Assembly (NCBI GenBank): GCA_963785725.1
Contig: CAWAWS010000022.1
Location: 128,001 to 192,000 of the forward strand
DNA from: an uncultured delta proteobacterium
GTDB taxonomy: Bacteria; Myxococcota_A; Polyangia; Palsa-1104
Length of the DNA stretch: 64,000 nucleotides
Direction of reading: 5' to 3'
Shown: in pieces, positions 1 through 9,274 of the stretch
Layout of the letters: each line of letters begins with the position of its first letter
Position numbering within the stretch: position 1 is the first letter of the stretch
Notes under the pieces: generated by a model
What the model saw: the letters and a program-made list of their open reading frames with translations, nothing else
Told to the model about the DNA's origin: nothing
Databases searched by the model: none
Translations under genes and position numbers: made by a program

Positions 1-854
1 AGCGCGCCCTGGCCGAAATAGCAGAGCACGAGCGCCGGCATCACGAAGCCGAGCCACACCCAGCGAATGGGCCGGCGTCCGAAGTGCCCCATGTCGGCAT
101 AGAGCGCCTCACCGCCGGTCACGGCCAGCACGACGCCGCCGAGGATGAGCCCGCCGCGCAGCCCGTGCGCCGCGAAGTAGCGCACGCCCCACAGCGGCGA
201 CAGCGCGCGCAGCACCGCCGGCGCCTGAACGATCTGCCACAGGCCGAGCGCGCCGATGGCGCCGAACCACAGGACCATGATCGGGCCAAAGACTTTGCCG
301 ATCGTGCCGGTGCCGCGCTTTTGAATGACGAACAGCGCGAGCAGAATGCCGCAGGTGAGCGGAATGACCAGCGGCGCCAGCGCCGGCCGCGCCACCGATA
401 GACCTTCGATGGCGGAGAGCACCGAGATCGCGGGCGTGATCGCGCCGTCGCCGTAGAGCAGCGCCGCGCCGATGACGACGAGCAGCGCGATGCCCGACGC
501 CGGGCGGCTCTCGCTGCGCGCGCGCATCCGCTCGGGCACCAGCGCCAAGAGCGCGAAGATGCCGCCTTCGCCCTTGTTGTCGGCCTTCATGATGAAGGTG
601 AGGTACTTGACGGTGACGACGGCGGTGAGCGACCAGACGATCAGCGACAGAATGCCGAACAGATCGTCGACGCGCACGCCGGCGCCGCCGCTGTGCAGGC
701 ACTCCTTGAGCGTGTAGAGCGGGCTGGTGCCGATATCGCCGAAGACGACACCGAGGGCGCCGAGACAGAGCAATGACAGCGGCGCGTGATGTTTCTCTTC
801 GGCGACCGGCGGAGGTGCTGCGACGGCCAGAGGCAATACCGGACTTGCGAACAT
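1..854 (-). CDS. kup: KUP/HAK/KT potassium transporter, 5' part (runs off window edge)
   Basis: Manual minus-strand translation from ATG at 854: MFASPVLP...LGALGVVFGDIGTSPLYTLKEC...KADNKGEGGIFALLAL...YGDGAITPAISVLSAIEG...EALYADMGHFG, the Kup signature motifs. Not in ORF track because it is open at the edge. Confidence 0.95.
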   Translation of the reverse strand, partial: MFASPVLPLAVAAPPPVAEEKHHAPLSLLCLGALGVVFGDIGTSPLYTLKECLHSGGAGVRVDDLFGILSLIVWSLTAVVTVKYLTFIMKADNKGEGGIFALLALVPERMRARSESRPASGIALLVVIGAALLYGDGAITPAISVLSAIEGLSVARPALAPLVIPLTCGILLALFVIQKRGTGTIGKVFGPIMVLWFGAIGALGLWQIVQAPAVLRALSPLWGVRYFAAHGLRGGLILGGVVLAVTGGEALYADMGHFGRRPIRWVWLGFVMPALVLCYFGQGA

Positions 855-914
855 GCTTGGCTTCTTTGGAATGAGCGCGAGCTCAGTGGGCGGAACGAGT
901 TCGTGCGGTCCACT

Positions 915-930
915 TTCACCGCGCGTGCCA
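915..930 (-). promoter_or_regulatory. possible sigma54 -24/-12 element for kup
   Basis: Minus strand TGGCACGCGCGGTGAA: perfect TGGCACG -24 box, but GA instead of GC at -12. Confidence 0.35.
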
Positions 931-1084
931 GCCCGATCGCCGCGCGACCGTTGACCATCGCGCCGCGACCCTTGCATTTTCCACGACGACACTCTGCACC
1001 GCGCAACGCCGTGCTCAGCTCGTGCTGCCGCTGACGCGCTCTGGGCCGGCACGGCGCCCAGATCGCGCGGCGGCGACGCGCTGC

Positions 1085-1129
1085 TCCAACTTGCAATGTT
1101 TCCAGGTCGTAAACTTTGCAACGTGCAAT
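1085..1129. promoter_or_regulatory. putative enhancer-binding-protein sites (TGCAAC(T/G)TGCAA heptad repeats)
   Basis: TCCAACTTGCAAT (1085-1097) and TGCAACGTGCAAT (1117-1129), between divergent kup and porin 1; the motif recurs upstream of the other island promoters. Confidence 0.55.
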
Positions 1130-1181
1130 CTCGCTTCGATGCGTAACCACCTCGATTGGCTGAGTTATTGACGCCGGTCAC

Positions 1182-1197
1182 CGGCATGTTAATTGCT
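1182..1197 (+). promoter_or_regulatory. sigma54-type promoter of porin 1
   Basis: CGGCATGTTAATTGCT: GG(1183-84)-N10-GC(1195-96), followed by RBS GGAGG (1216-20) and ATG 1229. Confidence 0.7.
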
Positions 1198-1228
1198 GAC
1201 CGGGGCAGCTCCCACGGAGGGTTCGTTC

Positions 1229-2803
1229 ATGTCCAGAAGATTAGAGAGCGCGCGTTGGCTGCTCGCGCTCGGAGCATTGCTGTCGACCACGGCCGCGCGG
1301 GCGCAAGACCCGCCCGCAGAGCCCGTCGCCCGTTCCCTCGAGGAGCGACTGCGCGAAATCGAGGAGGCGAACGCTGCCTTGAAGCGCCAAGTGCAAAGCT
1401 TGGAGCAGAAGCTGGAGACGACGACGATCATGCCCGCGCCGCCGCCCCCGCCGACCGAAGGCGCGCCCACGGTGGCCGAGGAGCCGACGTCGAGCGAGCC
1501 TTTCGCGTGGGGCGATTTTACCTGGCTCAATGGCGGCAGCCGTCAAACCCACCGAATCCTCGACACCAAATATTTCACGCCGCAGTTCGACGTCGACCTC
1601 AATTACACCTACTCGTTCAACCGGCCGATCGATGACACGATCGTCGGATCGACGGCCACCTTCCGGCACAACGAGCTGGAGCTGGCCTTTCTCGGCATCG
1701 GCGGCGACGCGCACATCGGGCCGGCGCGCGGCCGCATCTTCTTTCAGTTCGGCGAGCGCGCGGTCGGCGTGCCGCGCAACGACGTCACGGTCAATCGCGG
1801 CCAATACGATCTGCTCGCGGCCATGCGATATCTCAGCGAAGCCTACGCCGGATATCATTGGAACAAGTACCACGGCATCAATCTCGACTTCGGGCTCTTC
1901 TTCTCGTATGTCGGCCTGTTTTCATACACGCAGTACGAGAACTGGGGATATCAAGCGTCGTTTACCTCGGACAATACGCCGTGGTTCTTCAATGGCGCGC
2001 GCCTGCAGATCTTCCCGACCGATCGACTCAAGGTCGAGCTGTGGCTGATCAACGGCTGGCAGACTTACGGAAAGTTCAACGAGCTCCCCGGCGTCGGCTA
2101 TCAAATCCATTACGCCCCGCACGACTATATCAAGGTCGTCTTCAACGGATACGTCGGCACCGATACGCAGGACCATCCGGGGCGCGTCCGCTTTCACAGC
2201 GACAATAGTCTCCTGTTTCGCTACTACAATCGTCCGCTGTCGAAAGGCATCAGTCGCGGCGCCATCTCGGCCACCTTCGATCTCGGCTTCGAGCAGGGCG
2301 ACGGCGTCGGCGCGTTCTACGGCCAGTCCAAGCGATCCAACGACGCGCCCGATCTGGACTGTACCAATGCCAATCCCTGCCAGCAGGACTTCATTAGCGG
2401 CATGATCTACGACAATCTCTGGTTCTATCGAAACACGTTTAGTTGGTACGCGGGCGCCGGCTTCATTCACAATCCCGGTCGCTATCTCGTGCTCGTTCCC
2501 GCCGGCGTCGCCGCGACGGCGTTCGACACCAACCCGGGCACGACGTTCGACGGCTGGGACTTCTCGACCAACATCAGCTACTACCCGACCGAGAACATCA
2601 CGTTCCGGCTCGAGAGCTCCTACCACAGCGTGAGCGCGCCCTATTACTCGGGCCATGGCGGCGTGACCGGCCCCGACGGATACAAGTGCGGCGGCCTCTA
2701 CAGCGCCGACGGTACCAGCTCGACCTGCATTCCGACCGGCTGGACGCCGGACCTCGTCAAGACCGAAGAGAAAGTCATTTTCGCCCTACTGTTCCGCATG
2801 TAG
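1229..2803 (+). CDS. outer-membrane beta-barrel (putative porin, BBP2/DUF1597-like), copy 1
   Basis: Signal peptide (…AARA), short coiled coil and Pro-rich linker, aromatic-rich beta-strand body (SYVGLFSY, DNTPWFFNGAR, INGWQTY), C-terminal FRM; two Cys pairs (CTNANPC; CGG…C). Confidence 0.85.
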   Translation: MSRRLESARWLLALGALLSTTAARAQDPPAEPVARSLEERLREIEEANAALKRQVQSLEQKLETTTIMPAPPPPPTEGAPTVAEEPTSSEPFAWGDFTWLNGGSRQTHRILDTKYFTPQFDVDLNYTYSFNRPIDDTIVGSTATFRHNELELAFLGIGGDAHIGPARGRIFFQFGERAVGVPRNDVTVNRGQYDLLAAMRYLSEAYAGYHWNKYHGINLDFGLFFSYVGLFSYTQYENWGYQASFTSDNTPWFFNGARLQIFPTDRLKVELWLINGWQTYGKFNELPGVGYQIHYAPHDYIKVVFNGYVGTDTQDHPGRVRFHSDNSLLFRYYNRPLSKGISRGAISATFDLGFEQGDGVGAFYGQSKRSNDAPDLDCTNANPCQQDFISGMIYDNLWFYRNTFSWYAGAGFIHNPGRYLVLVPAGVAATAFDTNPGTTFDGWDFSTNISYYPTENITFRLESSYHSVSAPYYSGHGGVTGPDGYKCGGLYSADGTSSTCIPTGWTPDLVKTEEKVIFALLFRM

Positions 2804-2836
2804 TCGGGCGCGTTCACGTTACGGAGAGGAATAATC

Positions 2837-3091
2837 ATGATGCGAATTATCGGCATTCCGGCCGTACTCTTCTTGCTCGCCGGTTGCACGCCCACTGAAG
2901 GCCAGCGTTGCAATCCAGAGCAGTTCACCAGCGACTGCAATAGCGGCTTCGCTTGCGTCTATCCCACCAACTGCGCCGTGGCCTACTGCTGCCCGACGAC
3001 GCGCGCCAGCACCAACCCCAACTGTCAAGCCTGCCCCGCCGACGCCGGCGTCGACGCCGCCACCGCGGTCGACGCCGCCTCGCACGACTGA
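2837..3091 (+). CDS. small Cys-rich lipoprotein, copy 1
   Basis: RBS GAGGA, lipobox LAGC, 8 further Cys; clear paralog at 13484-13738. Confidence 0.85.
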   Translation: MMRIIGIPAVLFLLAGCTPTEGQRCNPEQFTSDCNSGFACVYPTNCAVAYCCPTTRASTNPNCQACPADAGVDAATAVDAASHD

Positions 3092-3115
3092 GCCCATTGC
3101 ACTACGCGAGTCGCC

Positions 3116-3198
3116 CGCAATAGCAACGCTGCAACTTGCAACCTCCTCCACCGCAACTACCTGAACGATCGCCATTGCAGTCAGGCACGGTTCCTGCC
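3116..3198 (+). promoter_or_regulatory. sigma54-type promoter and upstream GCAA repeats for the kdp operon
   Basis: TGCAACTTGCAAC at 3130-3142 plus extra GCAA half-sites; AGGCACGGTTCCTGC with GG(3184-85)-N10-GC(3196-97). Confidence 0.65.
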
Positions 3199-3212
3199 TA
3201 GCGGAGTGCGTC

Positions 3213-3296
3213 ATGTTGGACTTGCTCTTCGTCATCACGACGATCGTGTTCTTCGGGGCTTCGATCGCCTACGCCTCGGCCTGCGACCGCTTGTGA
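3213..3296 (+). CDS. 27-aa membrane peptide upstream of kdpF
   Basis: MLDLLFVITTIVFFGASIAYASACDRL*, single TM helix with the MxD…FF…Y…CDRL pattern often seen ahead of kdpF. Below the ORF-track size cutoff. Confidence 0.75.
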   Translation: MLDLLFVITTIVFFGASIAYASACDRL

Positions 3297-3309
3297 TGGG
3301 AGGTCTTCG

Positions 3310-3399
3310 ATGAACGCCGAATACCTGATTGGCGCAGTCGCGTCGCTGCTCTTGGCCGGCTATCTGGTCTACGCGCTGCTCTACCCCGAGCGCTTTTGA
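3310..3399 (+). CDS. kdpF: K+-transporting ATPase subunit F
   Basis: [29 protein letters not shown], hallmark YLxYALxxPERF, RBS GGGAGG, directly before kdpA. Confidence 0.93.
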   Translation: MNAEYLIGAVASLLLAGYLVYALLYPERF

Positions 3400-3406
3400 G
3401 GAATCG

Positions 3407-5096
3407 ATGACCGCCATCGGTTGGATGCAAATTCTCGTCTTCTTCGCGCTCGTCGTGGCCGTGACGCCGCCGCTCGGCCTGTACATGTTCCGCGTCTTCG
3501 AGGGCGATCGCCAGCCGCTGCCGCGCCTCGTCGGCCCCATCGAGCGCGCGCTCTATCGCGCCGGCGGCATCGACGGTCGGCGCGAGCAGACGTGGCTCGA
3601 ATATACCGTCGCGCTCTTGGTGTTCAGCGCGTTCGGCATGCTGGTCACTTATCTGTTCCAGCGCCTGCAGCACGTGTTGCCGTTCAACCCGCAGAAGCTC
3701 GGCCCCGTCGAGCCGACGCTGGCGTTCAACACCGCGGCCAGCTTCACGACCAATACGAACTGGCAGTCCTATTCGGGCGAGTCGACGATGAGCTACCTGA
3801 CCCAGATGGCGGGGCTGGCGTGGCACAACTTCACGTCGGCGGCGGTGGGCATGGGCGTCGCGCTCGTCGTCGCGCGCGGGCTGACGCGCCGTCCGGGCCC
3901 CGACGGCGCCAAGACGATCGGCAATTTCTGGGTCGATCTGACGCGCGCCATCCTCTACGTGCTGTTGCCGCTGTCGCTCGTCTTCGCGCTGATCCTCGTC
4001 TCGCAAGGCGTGCTGCAGAACCTCGCGGCCTACAAAGAGGTCACCACGCTCGAAGGCGTCAAGCAGCTCCTGGCGATGGGCCCGGTCGCGTCGCAAGAGG
4101 CGATCAAGGAGCTCGGCACCAACGGCGGCGGCTTCTTCAACGCCAACAGCGCCCATCCGTTCGAGAACCCGACGCCGCTGACCAACCTCATCGAGATGTT
4201 CCTCATCTTCGCCATTCCCGGCGCCATGACCTACACTTACGGGCGGATGGCGGGCGACCAGAAGCAGGGCTGGGCGCTGTTCGCGGCCATGTCGGTGCTC
4301 TTCTTCGCCGGCGTCGCGACCTGCTATTGGGCCGAGGCGCACGGCGCCTTTGGCGGCATGGAGGGCAAAGAGCAGCGCTTCGGCGTCGCCGCGTCGACGC
4401 TCTTCGCCACCGTCACCACCGACGCCTCGTGCGGCGCCGTCAACGCGATGCACGACAGCTTCACGCCGCTCGGCGGGCTCGTGCCGCTGGTCAACATCGC
4501 GCTCGGCGAGGTCATCTTCGGCGGCGTCGGCGCCGGGCTCTACGGCATGCTCGTCTTCGTCATCCTGACGGTGTTCATCGCCGGCCTCATGGTCGGCCGA
4601 ACGCCCGAATATCTCGGCAAGAAGATCGAGCAGCGCGAGATGAAGCTGGCGATGTTCTACATCCTCATCTTCCCGCTGCTGATCTTGGGCTTCGCCGCGT
4701 GGTCGGCGGTGCGGCCGAGCGTCCTCGCGACGCTGGCGAACAGCGGCCCGCACGGCCTGTCGGAGATTCTCTACGCCTACACGAGCGGCACCGGCAACAA
4801 CGGCTCGGCGTTCGCGGGCTCGAACGCCAACACGCCCTGGTGGAACGTCACGCTCGGCATCGCCATGCTGGCCGGCCGCTTCTTCATGATCATTCCCGTC
4901 CTCGCGATCGCCGGCTCGATGCTGGACAAGAAGACGGTGCAGCCCGGCCCCGGCACGTTCCCCACCAACGGCCTCTTGTTCACGGCATTGCTCGTCGGCG
5001 TCGTCGTCATCGTCGGCGCGCTGACGTTCTTTCCGGCGCTGTCGCTGGGACCGATCGTCGAGCACTTACGTCGCGCAATCCGGGACGGTGTACTGA
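3407..5096 (+). CDS. kdpA: K+-transporting ATPase subunit A (apparent +1 indel near 5068)
   Basis: [43 protein letters not shown] motifs. Removing one A at ~5068 restores …[11 protein letters not shown] with a TGATG overlap to kdpB. Confidence 0.95.
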
Positions 5097-7157
5097 TGGC
5101 TACGTCGAAACAGACCTCGCTCTTCGATCCGTCGATCCTGCGGCCGGCCATCCTCGACAGCTTCAAGAAGCTGCATCCGCGCCTCCTGGCCAAGAATCCG
5201 GTCATGTTCGTCGTCGGCGTCGGCAGCTTGCTGACGACCGGTCTCCTCGTGCGCGACATCGCGCATCATGCCGCCGAGCACGCGCCCATTTGGTTCTCGG
5301 CGGCCGTGACGATCTGGCTGTGGTTCACCGTGCTCTTCGCCAACTTCGCCGAGGCGGTGGCCGAAGGGCGCGGCAAGGCGCAGGCGGCGTCGCTGCGCAA
5401 GATGCGCCAGGAGGCGACGGCGCGCCGGCTCGTCAACGGCCGCGAAGAAGAGGTCGCCGCGTCCAAGCTGCGCAAGGGCGACACCGTCGTCGTCGAGGCC
5501 GGCCAGCTCATCCCCGGCGACGGCGAGGTCATCGAAGGCATCGCGTCGGTCGACGAGTCGGCGATCACCGGCGAATCGGCGCCCGTCATTCGCGAGTCGG
5601 GCGGCGATCGCTCGTCGGTCACCGGCGGCACCAAGGTGCTGTCCGATCGCATCGTCGTGCGCATCACGGCCGATCCGGGCGAGTCGTTCCTCGATCGCAT
5701 GATCGCGCTCGTCGAAGGCGCGGCGCGGCAGAAGACGCCCAACGAGATCGCGCTGCACATCCTGCTCGTCGGGCTGACGATCGTCTTCTTGCTCGCCTGC
5801 GTGACGCTGGTGCCGCTGGCGCTCTACTCGGGCGATCCCGCTGTCGGCGACGGTGATCGTGGCGCTGCTGGTCTGCCTGATCCCGACGACGATCGGCGGC
5901 CTGCTGTCGGCCATCGGCATCGCCGGCATGGATCGGCTGCTGCGCAAGAACGTGATCGCGATGAGCGGCCGCGCGGTCGAGGCCGCCGGCGACGTCGACG
6001 TGCTGCTGCTCGACAAGACCGGCACGATCACGCTCGGCAACCGCATGGCGACGGCGCTCATCCCGGCCGACGGCGTGAAGATGGAGGAGCTCGCCGACGC
6101 CGCGCAGCTCGCCAGCCTGGCCGACGAGACGCCCGAAGGCCGATCGATCGTGGTGCTCGTCAAGGAGAAGCACGGTCTGCGCGGACGCAACATTCAACGA
6201 GCTGGGCGCGCACTTCATTCCGTTCTCGGCGCAGACGCGCATGAGCGGCTGCGATCTGCCGAACGGCGGCGGCACCCGCGGCAGATTCGCAAGGGCGCGG
6301 TCGAGGCGGTGCTGCAGTATGTCGAGTCGCTGCGCGGTCACGCGCCCGATCGCATGCGCCAAGAGGCGTTTCGCATCGCCGACAGCGGCGGCACGCCGCT
6401 CGCCGTCGCCGACGGCAACCGCGTGCTCGGGCTCATCCAGCTCAAGGACGTGGTCAAGACCGGCATCCAAGAGCGGTTCGCGCGCTTCCGCGCCATGGGC
6501 ATTCGCACGGTCATGATCACCGGCGACAACCCGCGCACCGCCGGCGCCATCGCCAAAGAGGCGGGCGTCGACGACTTCCTCGCCGAGGCGACGCCCGAAA
6601 TGAAGATGCGCCTCATCAAGGAGGAGCAGCAAAAGGGCAAGCTCGTGGCCATGACCGGCGACGGCACCAACGACGCGCCGGCGCTGGCGCAGGCCGACGT
6701 CGGCGTCGCCATGAACACCGGCACGCAGGCGGCCAAAGAGGCCGGCAACATGGTCGACCTCGACTCGAACCCGACCAAGCTGCTCGAGGTCGTCGAGGTC
6801 GGCAAGCAGCTGCTCATGACGCGCGGCACGCTGACGACGTTCTCGATCGCCAACGACGTCGCCAAGTATTTCGCGATCCTGCCGGCGCTGTTCATGGGCG
6901 TGTTTCCGCAGATCGCGCCGCTCAACGTCATGCACCTGGCGTCGCCCTACTCGGCGATCCTGTCGGCGGTGATCTTCAACGCCGTCATCATCATCCTGTT
7001 GATCCCGCTGGCGCTGCGCGGCGTGAAGTACCGGCCGCTGGGCGCCGCGGCGCTCTTGCGTCGCTCGCTGCTCATCTACGGCGTCGGCGGCGTCATCGCG
7101 CCGTTCCTCGGGATCAAGATCATCGACCTCGTGCTCAAGGCAATAGGAGCAGTGTAA
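5096..7157 (+). CDS. kdpB: K+-transporting P-type ATPase subunit B (frameshifts at ~5834, ~6197, ~6275)
   Basis: [23 protein letters not shown] phosphorylation site, [25 protein letters not shown], distributed over three reading frames. Confidence 0.93.
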
Positions 7158-7756
7158 TGAAACCGGCCGTTCTGCTCGTCGCGCTGCGTTTTACGGTGGT
7201 GACGTTGCTTCTGACAGGCGTCGCCTATCCGCTCGTCACAACGGCGCTGGCCCAAGTGCTGTTCCCGAGCCGCGCCAACGGCAGCGTCGTCAGCGACGAC
7301 AAGGGCCACGCCGTCGGCTCGGAGCTGATCGGGCAGACGTTCACCAAGCCGTACTACTTTTGGTCGCGGCCGTCCGCCGCCGGCGACAAGGGCTACGACG
7401 CCACCAGCTCCGCCGGCTCGAACTGGAGCGTCACCTCGAAGAAGCTGCACGATCGCATCAATGGCGATCAGGACCGGCTGTGGAAGAGCAACCCGGGCGC
7501 CGGCGAGCCGCTGCCTGACGATCTGGTCACGGCGTCGGCCAGCGGCCTCGACCCGCACGTCTCGCCGGCCGCGGCGAAGTGGCAGGTCCGCCGCGTCGCG
7601 TTGGCGCGCGCCATTTCGCAGGAGCGCGTCCAACAGCTCGTCGATGCCAACACCGAAGGGCGCGATCTCGGCTTCCTGGGCGAGCCGCGGGTCAACGTCT
7701 TGACGCTGAACATGGCGCTCGATCAGCAGTTCGGCCAGGCCACCTCGGCGCGCTGA
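7157..7756 (+). CDS. kdpC: K+-transporting ATPase subunit C
   Basis: AYP…FPSRANGS…GSELIGQ…YFWSRPSA…SASGLDPHVS…PRVNVLTLN; TAATG overlap with kdpB. Confidence 0.96.
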   Translation: MKPAVLLVALRFTVVTLLLTGVAYPLVTTALAQVLFPSRANGSVVSDDKGHAVGSELIGQTFTKPYYFWSRPSAAGDKGYDATSSAGSNWSVTSKKLHDRINGDQDRLWKSNPGAGEPLPDDLVTASASGLDPHVSPAAAKWQVRRVALARAISQERVQQLVDANTEGRDLGFLGEPRVNVLTLNMALDQQFGQATSAR

Positions 7757-7772
7757 AGCGGCCTCCGCGCCT

Positions 7773-7878
7773 TGCGAATCGCAATGTCGGGACGAGCGGA
7801 ATACGGCTTCTTGCAATACGCCGCCCGCGAAACGTGACGCGGACGGCCACTTATGCCCGGCACGGCACGTGCTTTGCG
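7773..7878 (+). promoter_or_regulatory. internal sigma54-type promoter upstream of the sensor genes
   Basis: CGGCACGTGCTTTGCG, GG(7864-65)-N10-GC(7876-77), near consensus; upstream TGCGAATCGCAAT (7773-85) and TTGCAAT (7811-17). Confidence 0.7.
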
Positions 7879-7886
7879 CCCATACG

Positions 7887-8129
7887 ATGGAGCTCGATCG
7901 CCAGGCGCGAGACGTCGCAGTGCTCGAACGGCTCCTGCGTCGGGCCGGGCTGGTCGTGCAACACTATCGTTATCGCGGTCAGCCCGTCGATGTGCGGGGC
8001 GTGGTGCAGCGCGTCTTGACCAGCTGCCACGGATCGCCCGGAGAACGTCATGCAATACCGTGCGGACCTGGAAGCGGCCGTTCGTTCGCTGCTTCACGGC
8101 TTTCGCTAGCGCGACGATGGGCGCGATGA
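7887..8129 (+). CDS. hypothetical 80-aa protein
   Basis: MELDRQARDVAVLERLLRRAG…; ATG 10 nt after the sigma54 -12 box; stop overlaps the kdpD start (ATGA 8126-8129). Confidence 0.5.
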   Translation: MELDRQARDVAVLERLLRRAGLVVQHYRYRGQPVDVRGVVQRVLTSCHGSPGERHAIPCGPGSGRSFAASRLSLARRWAR

Positions 8130-9274
8130 ATCCGAGTCGCAGCGCGGAAGATTTCCTGGCGCTCGTCGAGCGCGGGCGCCGCGGCAAGCTCAAGCTCTAT
8201 CTCGGCTTCGCCGCCGGGGTCGGTAAGACCTACAAGATGCTGCAAGAGGCGCACGCGATGGCCAAGGGCGGCGTCGACGTCGTGCTCGGCTTCGTCGAGA
8301 CGCACGGGCGCAAAGAGACCGCGGCGCTGGTCGACGGGCTGGAGGCCGTGCCGCGAAAGAAGCTCGAGTATCGCGGCGTCACCGTCGACGAGATGGACCT
8401 CGATGCGATCCTGGCGCGTAAGCCGACCATCGTCGTCGTCGACGAGCTGGCGCACACCAACGCGCCCGGCATGCGCAACCGCAAGCGCTACCAAGATGTC
8501 GTCGAGCTGCTCGATGCCGGCATCAACGTCATCGCCGCCTTCAACGTGCAGCACCTCGAGTCTTTGAACGACATCGTCTCGCGCAACGCCAACGTCCAAG
8601 TGCGCGAGACCGTGCCCGACAGCTTCCTGAAGCAGGCGGATCAGATCGTGAACCTCGATCTGGCGGTCGAGGATCTGTTGGAGCGGCTCAAGGCGGGCAA
8701 GATCTACCCCGACGACAAGGTCGCCTGGGCGCTGCAGCACTTCTTCCAAGAGCAGAATCTGTCGGCGCTGCGGGAGCTGTCGCTGCGTGAGGTGGCGGAG
8801 TCGCTCGAGCGCACGGCGCAGTCGCGCGTTCCGTCGGGCGAGCCGCGGCGCTCCTCGACCGGCGGACGCGTGATGGTGTGCCTCTCCTCGCATCCGCCGC
8901 ACGCGGCCACGCTGCTGCGTCGCGGCAGTCGCATGGCCGGCCGCTTGAGCGCCGACTGGTTCGTCGTCTACGTCGAGACGCCGCGCGAGGCGCCGAACCG
9001 CATCGACGCCGAGGTGCAGCGCAACCTGCACGGCAATATCGAGATGGCCCGCGAGCTCGGTGCCGAGGTCGTGCGCTTGCAAGGCTCCGATCCGGTCGAT
9101 TGTCTGCTCGACTTCGCGCGCTCGCATGGCGTCGGCAACATCATCATCGGCAGCTCGGACCAGCCGTGGTGGCGGCAGATGCTCGGCCGCTCGGTGCCGC
9201 TGCGGCTGGTGCGCGAAGCCAAGGGGTTCGACTTGCATATCGTCTCGTTCGACGACGAGGAGCGCTCCTCGTGA
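8126..9274 (+). CDS. kdpD: KdpD N-terminal domain + Usp domain (stand-alone half of a split sensor)
   Basis: RGKLKLYLGFAAGVGKTYKML, VDELAHTN, RYQDV, NVQHLESLND, VRETVPD, then a Usp-like domain; no TM or kinase domain. Confidence 0.92.
   Translation: MNPSRSAEDFLALVERGRRGKLKLYLGFAAGVGKTYKMLQEAHAMAKGGVDVVLGFVETHGRKETAALVDGLEAVPRKKLEYRGVTVDEMDLDAILARKPTIVVVDELAHTNAPGMRNRKRYQDVVELLDAGINVIAAFNVQHLESLNDIVSRNANVQVRETVPDSFLKQADQIVNLDLAVEDLLERLKAGKIYPDDKVAWALQHFFQEQNLSALRELSLREVAESLERTAQSRVPSGEPRRSSTGGRVMVCLSSHPPHAATLLRRGSRMAGRLSADWFVVYVETPREAPNRIDAEVQRNLHGNIEMARELGAEVVRLQGSDPVDCLLDFARSHGVGNIIIGSSDQPWWRQMLGRSVPLRLVREAKGFDLHIVSFDDEERSS

Noticed and set aside
2837..3091. Cys-rich ORFs as RiPP precursors
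   Set aside because: Both have lipoboxes and no modifying enzymes or peptide exporters nearby; disulfide-bonded lipoproteins fit better.
3329..6244. 971-aa KdpA-KdpB fusion in the ORF track
   Set aside because: One extra base at ~5068 explains it; correcting it restores a normal KdpA end and a TGATG stop/start overlap.
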